Below are positions 50,248 to 60,817 of a stretch of DNA of 64,000 bases, one piece after another. The DNA is from Lepidodermella squamata. Lineage: Eukaryota > Animalia > Gastrotricha. Both the position numbers and the translations under genes were made by a program. Each line of letters opens with the position of its first letter. Position 1 is the first letter of the stretch. The notes below the pieces were generated by a model. It did no database searches. It was given only the letters and a program-made list of their open reading frames with translations, and was not told where the DNA came from. Location: NCBI GenBank assembly GCA_047495785.1, contig JBLDXI010000016.1:248001-312000 (forward strand), written 5' to 3'.

Positions 50248-50931
50248 ATGGCAGCTAATTTTCACGATAGCGGGATAAAATCAGGTGCAATTCGTGACAT
50301 GTTAGGCAGTCACGTACTCAGCCGTGAACCCATCACAGATTTGACGGGGCCTGGTAAAATCATTGGCCTGTACGTTGCGGCTGGTTGGTGTGAAGAATGC
50401 CGCGATTTTACGCCGATTTTGGCGAATTTCTACTCGAAACTACGCCGTCATGGTGCTGAGGAAAAGGCTGGCCGGCCTCAAATGGAAATTGTCTACGTGA
50501 GCTGCGATAACGACAAGAAAAGGCATAATTTCTAGAAAAATCTAAAAAATGTTTTAAAATTGAATTTAAAATTAATATAAAATTTAAAAAAATTTAAAAA
50601 TTTAAATCGAGCATTTTCAGATATGAAACCAATCTAAAAAGCTTTGAAATTTTCAAATTTTAGAATAATTCTCAGAATTTAAAATTTAAAATGTACTCTA
50701 AATTACGCGTTTTTTCTCAGCTTTGAAGAAAGCATCAAATCCATGCCGTTCCCCGCTTTGCCGTTCAGCGAACGCCGCCACGAAAACGTAATGGCCAAGT
50801 ATCGAATTGAAGGCCTGCCGGCGTTGATTTTCATCGATGGCGAAAGTGGGGAGGAAATTTTTCGCAACGGCTGCGAGAGAGTCCTCGAAGACCCGGAGGC
50901 TGAAAAATTCCCAATGCGTTGGCAAGCTTGA
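50248..50931 (+). CDS. Nucleoredoxin-like 2 (WCEEC); needs a GC-AG intron at 50523-50720
   Basis: GLYVAAGWCEECRDFTPIL..EIVYVSCD; second exon [27 protein letters not shown]. Confidence 0.78.
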
Positions 50932-51374
50932 ATTTCGATTTAACAAATCGACTCCTTTTCTCACTCAGTTTCTCGCCATCTGCAATCAAAACAAAAATAA
51001 CCACGCGTTAATTTATCACCATGACCTTGATTGAATTTCTGGTCCAATTAATTGATTCCGAATTTTTTCGCTGGAATCGTGCATAACCAATAAATCGTGC
51101 ATGCATTCGGAGGACATTTTTGTCTCAATTGAGGTCAAGTTTATGTTCAGTTTTATTTTCGCGTAAAATATTTCAAGTTTTGAATTCACTTCAAATTTCT
51201 CCTTCAATAACTATTTAAGAAAATTTTAATGTTTTGAATTATTATCCATTAAAATTCAATCAAATTTCGAAAAAGCCTAATTTTTAGACAAATTCCAATT
51301 TTGTATTTTCTCATGATCTTTGAGATTTTTTTAAATTTGTTTAGAATTTTTCTGAATTTAATCGAATTTCAAAA

Positions 51375-52237
51375 ATGTCAAGCCGAGTTCACGTAGCTGG
51401 TCACGCCGACGCGCGAGGCCCACAGCGCAAGCCGCATCAGGACTCAACGGGCCATTCCAGCGCGTTGAAAGGCGTTTTCCACGACCAAGTCTGGGCTAAT
51501 ATCCCGCTGGACGATTTGAGCGGCGAGGGCAGCGTTGTCGCGCTGTATTTTGCCGATGGCTTGAAAGACGAGTGCAAAGAGTTCACGCAACTGCTGACTC
51601 GCTTCTACAACCGCGTCATCGCCGATTCGAAACGCCTCGAGGTCGTCTACATCAGCTGCGATCCGACAACGCGCGATTTCGAACGGACTTACAAAGAAAT
51701 GCCATGGCTCGCCTTACCCCTGAACGAGCCGGAGAGAGTGAGAAAACTTTTTAGGAAAAATTGAAAAATTCGAAAAATTATTCCATACATTTTGGAAATT
51801 TAGAAAATAAAAGACAATTTTTAGAACCTTCATCGGATTCGAAATTAAGAAATTGGAGACAAAGGAGGAATTTTCAATACTAATCGGTTGCCCCAACATC
51901 ATTCTATTTAACAATTTAATTATTTTAATTAAAATTACTGAGAAATTTCCATCTTGAGAGATGTCCCATTTAAAAATCTTGAAAAATATTATCCGTATTT
52001 AATTTTTAATTCCTATGTTTTTTACAGCTTCGCCTAATGAAGCATTATCGAATCAAGGATATTCCGGCAGTTGTTTTTCTTGATGGCTCAACCGGCGAGG
52101 TAAAATGCCTTAATTTTTCTAATTTTCCCTGATTTTTTTTCTGAATTTCCCAGGAAATTTTTCCGCATGGCATGGACAAGATTCGTAAAGATCCAACTGG
52201 CGACGGTTTTCCCCGTAAATGGCATCGATTGGAGTGA
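51375..52237 (+). CDS. Nucleoredoxin-like 3 (lacks the N-terminal active-site Cys: LKDEC); three exons
   Basis: ALYFADGLKDECKEFT..EVVYISCD..MPWLALP|..IKDIPAVVFLDG|..GFPRKWHRLE*. Confidence 0.82.
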
Positions 52238-52831
52238 AATTAGCCAAACTTTTCACTCGAATTAAGATGACCTACTTTCAATGAATGACCGATGATTCAT
52301 CTTAAATGATGATTTTTCCACGTTTTTTATTATTATTTCTACTATGATGCCACCTCATTACTATACAACAATGTGCTGTCTTTTTCAACATTATAGCAGT
52401 TGTATTATTCCAGTCTCTTCCATATAGTGAATAATTTGACCTACTTGCGGGACATGCTAATAAAACCAGATGTTTTTGCGTATGGCTGATAACGTTATGC
52501 GCATAATATAAGCTTCAATGATAATACTTATACATTAAAGCCACTGTAAAGCTATATTATTATAAGCCGGCAAATAAAAGCAATAATAATTCCATGTTAG
52601 CAGAAATTTTATAATTCAGAGTTAAAAATATTACGCAAGAGCTGCTTTAAATTTATTCATTCATTTTTCGGAATAAGACTCGCGATTTATCTTCAAAATT
52701 GAAGCACGCTTTCAGAACTATTTTTTGTCATAATTTTTCCTTGTAATTTAGCCGGCTATTGCTAATTCGTTTCGTTCGATTTTAGAGGCGTTTTATTCTG
52801 CATTTTTTTCAACACATTTTTCGAGAAAACA

Positions 52832-53613
52832 ATGGCTGAAGCTATCAAGAATTTGATTGGCGAGAAGGTTCAGGGCAAGAATGGCCTCGTCGACGTGGCT
52901 TCATTTTGCGGCGAGGGCAAAATCGTCGGCCTGTACTTTTCGGCGCACTGGTGTGGCCCGTGCCGCATGTTCACGCCGAAACTCGGCAAATTCTACGAGG
53001 CTGTTCACGGAAACAAAAATGTTGAAATCGTCTTCGTTAGCTGCGATCGCGACGATAAAGGGTAAAAATAAAATAAAATAATAATTTCAAAAATACTTGA
53101 ATTAAAAATTTGAAGCTTTTATTAAAAATTGGGTGAAGTAAAAAATAATTAAATCAATTAAAATAAATAAAAAATGAGCGAATTTTTCGAATTTGTATCG
53201 AAACTAATAAATCGAATTTTATAAATTAAATTATATCAATTAGATGCTTAATTTCTTTATTTTTGAATTTTTGATTAATTTTTTTTCAGTTTCGAGGAAT
53301 ACTGGGCCACCATGCCGTTCCTCGCCATGCCCTTTGACGATGCCTTCAAGAACAGGGTTTGTGATTCATTTTCCGGTATTTTTCCTGTATTTTCAATCAA
53401 TTTGTTTCCAGGAAGACGTGATGGCCCATTTTGGCGTTCGTGGAATTCCCGCTCTTATTTTCATCGATGGCGCTACCGGAAAGGTATTTTCCCCTATTTT
53501 TGATTGTGCGATAAAAAATTTGAAAATTTTGTTTGCAGACAATCACCGATCAAGGCCGCGCTGAGGTTGAGAAGGACGTTTCTGGCGCTGGTTTCCCGTC
53601 TTGGAAGCAGTGA
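52832..53613 (+). CDS. Nucleoredoxin/tryparedoxin-like thioredoxin 4 (WCGPC); four exons
   Basis: [33 protein letters not shown]|[15 protein letters not shown]|..[13 protein letters not shown]|TITDQGR..FPSWKQ*. Confidence 0.92.
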
Positions 53614-54432
53614 CCTGATTGTTTTCCGCCGCGAGGGCTACGATGAATAAATTGGCCTAGAACTAATATTTCTTAATGTGCTGTTCCACATATATTAAGT
53701 CTCGTTCTTCCGTAAAACTGCTTGTCAAATTTGACTTCGAGTTGAAAAATTCAAATAAATTTGTGGCGTGCAGAAATGTTTGCGACGATTCTACCTTGAT
53801 TTATGGCTAATTTTGAATTCACTTAGACTCCAAAGAAACGCTTACGGGTCAAGCAACTAAGGCGATTTCCTCTCTCATATTGTCGAGACGAATTTAACGG
53901 TACCAAACTTACACTCTAATAAATGTCTCTGTTCTCTCACTATATTTATTAGAGTATAGGTACGCGATGAGGTGGTCGAAATTAGGGCACCCAGATCCCT
54001 AATTCCTGCCTGGAGTCTATTGGTGACTAACCAATTAGCCATGAATCAAGGTAAAATCGTCTTGACTGCAGAAACCGGTATTCGATAGCCCGAGAAATCT
54101 TCTATCATTATGTTTTGCCAATTTTTTTAAATATTCACCTGGGTGGCAGTAGGAAAAGGCCAAATGCATAGTGGCCGAACCAAGTGCGCAATGCTCTGTG
54201 GTGATTTTTTTCGAATACAAAATTGTTTCATTCAAATATATTTTATATACTTACGAATTGTTCCCTCAATCCTTGATCAACGTCACTCAAAATATAACAC
54301 TTTTTTTATTCGGAAACAAATTCAAAATATTAAGTATACCATGTGAAATCAGGATATTAAAAAAAGCGCACAGTTCAGAATAATAATATAGTGGTCGTTT
54401 AGGTAACTTTTCAGCAATTACATTATAGCATA

Positions 54433-54924
54433 CAGTGAAAGTTGTCTAAACCGGACTAAGGTCGCGCCAGGCAAAATCGTCCGGTTTAGAGAAAGTCCGA
54501 ATTATTTTAAACCGGACTGAGTCCGGTATAGGAAATACCACGTGAAATTCGTGAAATTGTGAAGTTTTACAAGCTAAGTAACAGTTTTTAAGTACGGAAT
54601 CGACAATTTTAATATAAATAATCAACATATTAAGCTATATTCGCAATAATTGGGAAGTTAATTTTTTTCAAAATTTTGAGGCTACTCTCGTCAGGCAGGT
54701 GCTGGCACTTTCTTCAAAATTATATAGAAAATTGGCCTTTTTATTGCATAAACCGGACTTCGAGCCCCAAATCCGTCCGGTTTATACCACAGTCCGGTTT
54801 AGAGAGTCCGGTTTAGACAATAAAATTATAATGTAAAGTCCACACTTTCGGATCGAGCCACCCGAAATCGTCCGGTTTAGAGAAAGTCCGGTTTGGACCG
54901 GTCCGGTTTAAACAACTTTCACTG
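54433..54924. mobile_element. Tc1/mariner-pogo-type MITE
   Basis: TA|CAGTGAAAGTTGTCTAAACCGGAC ... GTCCGGTTTAAACAACTTTCACTG|TA, with many internal GTCCGGTTTA motifs. Confidence 0.92.
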
Positions 54925-55127
54925 TATGTGTATTTCAGCAAAGACACTTTGTCAGATAAAGGGAGTCCCAACGGCTAAGACAAAGAAGACGTGGAAACTA
55001 AACAATGAACCGAGTCACGCTTCCCAGAATGAGACACGCTAAATCTGCTGCGCACTTCGCATTGGCAGAAAAATTCCAAAAAATTCGTCCCAAGTCGTTT
55101 TACTATAAATTCAAGAATTGGGACAAC

Positions 55128-55575
55128 ATTTTGCTGAACTGTCGTCTGCTTAACTCAGTTTTTGCTTTTTTAAGTTCATAAAATTGCTCAAGTTCTACTT
55201 GCTGAAAAGTCGTTATGCTTAACTGTCGCTGCTCATATGACTGATATTTTAATCTTAACTGAATCTGCTGATACAGCGTCTGCTGATTTGACGTATGCTG
55301 AAATGACGTTTGCTCAACTATATCATTGCTCATAAGTCGTCTGCTGAAGAGTCATTTGCTGAATAGTACATAATATGCTAAAGTGGGAGTTGCTGAACTG
55401 TCGATTGCTTAAGTGCTGTTTGCTGAAGTAGCGAATGCTGAACTGTCGCCTGCTAAAGTGACGTCTGCTGAAATAGCGTCTGCTGAAGTAGCGGTTGCTA
55501 AAGTATCTCCTGCTCAAATATCACTGTTGAACTGACGTTGCTGACCTAAGTTCTGCTGAACTGTCTTACATTCGG
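55128..55575. repeat. Degenerate 15-bp minisatellite (TGCTGAA-N8), probably part of a non-autonomous DNA element
   Basis: Period-15 recurrence of TGCT(G/T)AA. The S(R/N)R(Y/Q/H)F pentapeptide ORFs here are by-products. Confidence 0.75.
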
Positions 55576-56048
55576 TCTGGCTCCTGACCCAGTGCCTTTA
55601 TCGAGTAAGTACTGTAATTTGTTTTTGTCCGAGCACAATGGTTTTATTGAATTCGATGAAATAAACAGGTCCAATTTCACACGCGCTTTTGAGTTGTTTT
55701 TCAAAACAAATTTCAGCAAACATCAATGCATTTTTATCATTTTCCAGCTTTGGAAAATAATTCTCCAGCATTTCTTGATCCAGCCATTTTTTGATATGTT
55801 TCTCGATTTTCTATCTTATTAAATTTGGTTACCGAAATGAAATCACAGGAGAAATTCAGGAGAAATCACCATGACGCATAGATCACTCCGTTCTCTGTGG
55901 GGTGACTTTATGTTATTGATTTTACTGCATTTATTTTATCCGTGGCCTTGACCGCGTTGAATAGGCCTGTCTTCGAATTTCAGCATAGCAATAAGATTGG
56001 AATAGGTTGGTCTCATCCCGACATTGTTTTTAGAAATCTCTAATAATA

Positions 56049-59000
56049 ATGATGTCATCTTATTATCCTTTATTGATCATTCTCGGCGTGATCGCTCAAA
56101 ATGCATCGAGCGTAAGATATCTCATTGATCAAACTTTTAATATTTGCTATGAAACCAACAAATTCCCCTTGTTTGAATGGAGCCTTGTTCGGAACAGCCA
56201 GAGAAAAAAAGGTAAGAGTTTCCTGTTCTGTGCCGTACAAACTTTGGCCACTGCCTGTGCCAGTTTATTTCGACCCGAACTGCAGTGACTTACCTTGTTC
56301 ACCTCTTCACGCGTGTGATCGCAAATTTCATTCCCTTCAAAAGGTGATGAATTGAGAGCGGCAATATTGGCTGAGCTTGATGTGTACAAGCAGCAAACTT
56401 GCCTCGATTACGTACTTATTACAAACGACACGCATCCGACTGGCTCTCTGTAGATTGTTGGGGACATATTGTTAGTTATATTTTCGAAGAATCAAGTTTC
56501 TGATTTTGACCACCTTTACAGCGGCTCGTCAACGTCCGCACTACCGGGCCCGGACGCGGGTTTTGGAACTTATGGTCATTATATGGGGGTGAGTTGAACT
56601 CGGTCTTAACTGCTTCTTAACTTATGCTTTCAGTGTGCGAGTTTTAGGAGGGGATGGGGGATCATCCCTCCCAGACAATAAGATGAGAATTTATCCTACT
56701 GTTTCGTTCATTTTGATAGGTTTCGGAGCGCGTTTTAGTGGAAAATCTTCAAAATTCTCGTTTCGCTCGCTTTTTAGTTAAAATAGCATCCAAGATCCAA
56801 GATCGCACCCTGTATGCTTTGATCAATCGAAATTTTATTCCCTTCACAGAATTTTAGACGAAATTTGGCTGTGACTCTGGGCGTGGTAAGTGCGGATGTG
56901 CTCACTTTCTCAAAGATAAAAACTTGGATCTATTTCGCAGCCAATGGATATGCTCCGTCCTGATCGGGACAACTATCTTTATGGGATAAAGATGGTAGGG
57001 TAAGTGATTTGCTTGCCTCGCTGATATAATGAAATGCTTGGTTATTCCGCATTAGAGTCTTCTGGTACAAAATCCCTGGGCTCACCAGTGACAATGGCGT
57101 GCCATTTGATTTTTCCTCGGTTACACTGACGCACCCGCTTGAAGATAATGGCAATTTCTTCCCGAAAGACTGGCGGGGATGTCTGTACTTGCACAAACGA
57201 TTCTGCACAAAAGCAGTTGCACAAATGCAGTTGCACAAAATATTTTGCACAAACTCCATTTTTCAAGCGGAATCAAGTTTAATAAGAAAATTGAAAATTG
57301 AATATGCAGTTGCAAATGCCCACCCGGCTTCGGTGGTCCAACTTGCGAGGCATCTCCTCCATTTCCAGGCGAAACTTGCGGGGGTGTCATCGATCTCCAG
57401 CCATGTGTCTCGCAAGTCATCGAATCACCAAACTATCCGAACGGTTATCCCATGAACAGCACGTGTTCTTGGCAGATAATCAGTAGCCAGGTGAGTTCAC
57501 AATAATATTGCCTTATAATGCGAAAACCACACGCAATTTTTACTGTTAAATGTGGGTTTCGCCAGATAAATTTCACTGTTTCCCACCCAATCTAGGATTT
57601 TCATATAATGAATCCTTACTGTCGAAAATTGAGTGGTCAGTTAATACTTTAGCATTTCCCCTAATCGTTACCATGAAATCTTTTCCTTACCTGGTAACCG
57701 TGGGTTTTTCACCGCTAGGCGACCCGAAAGCGATCTGAAAGCGCAAAAACCTTGGAAAAATGCGCCCACTGGCGTCTTTAGCGGCGTTTCTGCGAGGAAC
57801 AAAATTGGTTCACCCAAAGTTTTTTCACATTCCCTAGCCGAGCACATGGAGAGCTTATTAGGGAAGTAAGAAATAGCCAGTTAATATGGAGGTCATCCAC
57901 GGCTTTTCAATCTTTTCCCTCCCGGCTTGAAAATTGAGAAAAAAGCGAAAATTGTGTGTTTTTAGTCGCTCTTATCTCGAAAACACCCATGGTTGCACCA
58001 TAGCTTTTTGTAGTCAAATAGGAGAAGGCACTAGGAGGAAGGTTTTAACAGGGAAAACAGCAAGAATCTCCCCAACTTATCCACGACTTTTTCGTCCTGA
58101 TTAGCACTCACTACGTCACACCCAACACCTCGAAAATGCATGGCCTCGCGTATTTTGGGGCAAGAAAGAACATGGATTCAACCACAGTTTTTTCGCGTCC
58201 TTTAGTAGAGCACGACAAGATCTTACTCAGGAAGTAAGATTTTACGTGAATCCCCTCTCTGGATTTTCAGATCAGGAGCCAATTTCATTTCTCTAAAGCT
58301 AACTATGGAATAATCGCTTATTCCTCATTGTATTATGTAATGATATTTCAATTTCAGCCCGGAATAGTGTTTGGCTTCGACGGTAGGCCTGATCTAACCG
58401 TTGGCACGAGTGAGTGACACTTTTACATTCTTAAAATAATCATAATTTCCATTAAACTTATACAGTCGAAAGTGGCTATTCGATATATAACGACTCCTGC
58501 TTCGATTACGTCGAATTTCGGGACCCAACAGATGGCACCAAACCTTACCTTCGCTTTTGTTCCTACGGCGTTAGCTCAGGACGGATCTACGAGACCGCTG
58601 GCAATGCTGTTGTCCTGCACTTTAAAGCTACTTCGAACAAACCCGGAAAAGGCTTCCCACTTGTCGCTCGATCTTGCGCGACTGATAACAAGACTGAACT
58701 GAGACTGACAGCGACTGGCTACGACTACGAAGGCACGGTTTCAGTAACAACATCTGGCGAGGCGTGCCAAACGTGGCCCGTTGTTAAGGAAACTTCTGAA
58801 TATGATGTGTACAGCCAAGGTCCGTTCATTTCGACCTGGTATCACAACTTCCTATACCCTCGCGGATTGCGAAACGAATCGATGAATTACTGCCGAAATC
58901 CTGAATCTCGCGCAACTGGCCCGTATTGCTTCACGGACCTTGCAACAAATGAAACCGAGCCTTGTGACATTCCTATAGCTGTTTCTTTCGGTAAGACGAT

Positions 59001-59478
59001 ATCAGTGAAATTCGTCAGTTACAATTCTATTTGTCAATTTTCCAGTCAACAACACGAATTCGACTGCTGGCAGTACGACAACACCGAACAATGCAACGAC
59101 AATCAATCCAAATATCCGCGTCCGGTGTGGATCGATCGCCACGAAGCGTTTCACAGCTTGCCGCCGTCAGTGCAACAGCGCCACTGAATTCACATTCCTG
59201 AGTCATGGCACAGTATTCGATGACAAGTGTCCCACTGCGGTTAATTTGAGTACCGAAATGTTTCGAGCGTCGATATTGTTTTGTTTGATTTTGGTTTTCA
59301 GACTGCGAGAAAGTGTTCTACGCCCAGCAAGGTTACCAGATGTGATAGCAAGTGCGCTGATGGTGAGACCGCTGATGGTGAGACATTTCTATTTCGTCTG
59401 TATTACCAGGTCGAACGATACAACAAGTACTTTCCGTTCGCCAAAAACATTGACCTGTGCTTGGGATTGATCAAGTGA
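56049..59478 (+). pseudogene. Astacin-like(dead)-EGF-CUB-kringle-Cys-repeat paralogue 5, inverted relative to the others; internally deleted
   Basis: Signal exon MMSSYYPLLIILGVIAQNASS|, KLWPLPVPV, QTCLDY, NFRRNLAVTLGV|PMDMLRPDRD, GVPFDFSSVTLTHPLE..PKDWR, then a TGCACAAA repeat (about 57177-57305) replacing sequence up to CKCPPGFGG. CUB, kringle NYCRNPE. Same end IDLCLGLIK* as paralogue 2. Confidence 0.82.
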
Positions 59479-59818
59479 GCTGTAATCTTCGAAATGAAGA
59501 ATCGAGTTCCGCCAACTCGTAGATGACTACAGCAAGGACAATATCTTTCCTCTCTCCTTTCTTTTGCCTGATTATTTGATACATAGAGAACGGAGTGATC
59601 CGTTCTCTATGATTTGATATATTGGGATTATTTTTCCTCGCTTCATATTCCATAAAATGAGCGAAGCTATTGGCGAACTCATTTGTTATGAAAGAGATAG
59701 CATCTCTGGACAATAAAAATCCGCTGTTAATAATGTTCGAAAATTCATTAGCTGATGTCAGTAAAGACAGTGATATGTTGGTATTATAGCAATTCATTCC
59801 AAGTTTCGAGGCCACAAT

Positions 59819-60817
59819 CTATTGCATCGACATAAAAACTGCCGAGATTGCAAACATGAGCGAGGCTGAGATTGCTGGCAGCAACTGGTAGCTTGCGTTC
59901 GAACAGCAGCCCTTTGAACACAGCCGAATCGGGCTTCTGCCCGAACACATCGTGTCGTTGGTACATCGAAGCGTGCCAGTGTTAGGACAGGCGGTGGATA
60001 GGCTTCCGCAAACTCCATTGCCATTGTAGTACGGCAGGCCGTTTGGGCACACACAAGAGAAAGATGATTCACTGCATCGAAGAGAGCCCTAAAATTTTTG
60101 AAATTCAGAAAATATAGAAAAAAAACATCTGAATTATGTGGCGAAATTCAAAAAATTGAGAATTTTGTCGCGGAGGTTTTATTGCTAAAAATGTATTTAT
60201 TTCAATGATAAGCTATAAAACTGGAAGACTATTTTGGACCTTGTTAGACTAAATTTTCCTATTAATATTTTTGCCTCAAAAAAATTAGCAAAATTTCAAA
60301 TTAAATTTTTCCAATTTTGATTAAGTTCGACATTTTCATTTTAATTTGTTTAATTAATTGCATCGACATTTGCAATAATATCGATCGATTAGGAAGAGTA
60401 ATCGAATTTTACTCAATCAAATTCAGTTACTTAAATTTAAATTTCTCTCATCCAATAATTTCCGAAAAACACCGAAATTTCAAGATTCCCACGGAGATAA
60501 AAATAAAAAGCTCGAATTTTGCTATGATTTCTAAGTACCTGGCAATCGGTTTCTTTCGAACACCTTGCGCCGTAAACTCCACAACGGCCGCAACTTGTGT
60601 CGTAAGACTCGGAGCATCTGTTATCGGGAGATCGATAGTAAGGCCGGCTAGGCGAGCACTGGCAGTAGCCGTAGAAGCACACGAAATCACCGCCGCCACA
60701 TTCGCTGTCCAAACTACATGTATTTCCGTACGTAGCTTGTGCCGAAATAGGAACGAGCAAATTCTGGCTATTGCAGAAGAAATAAATTGAAAAAATTACT
60801 ACAACCGAAAGTTTCAT
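59819..60817 (-). CDS. Cys-rich EB-like probable GPI protein, paralogue of 14160-14714; two exons
   Basis: YGNTC..EC..C.YGYCQC...PYY, CGRCGVYGARC..DCQ|intron|..CVCPNGLPYY.G..VC, RLCSKGCC, hydrophobic tail. Confidence 0.82.

Noticed and set aside
54433-54924. Recurrent GTCCGGTTTA motifs as a CRISPR-like array
   Set aside because: Irregular spacing, both orientations, bounded by TIRs and TA. It is a MITE in eukaryotic DNA with no cas genes.
55103-55517. ORFs with SRRYF/SNRQF pentapeptide repeats resembling neuropeptide or pentapeptide-repeat proteins
   Set aside because: They are translations of a 15-bp minisatellite, with no signal peptide and stops between frames.
57500-58300. Diverged direct repeats (..GAGCAC..CTTA....GGAAGTAAGA) in an intron of paralogue 5
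   Set aside because: Probably a decayed DNA-element interior; no termini or TSD could be defined.
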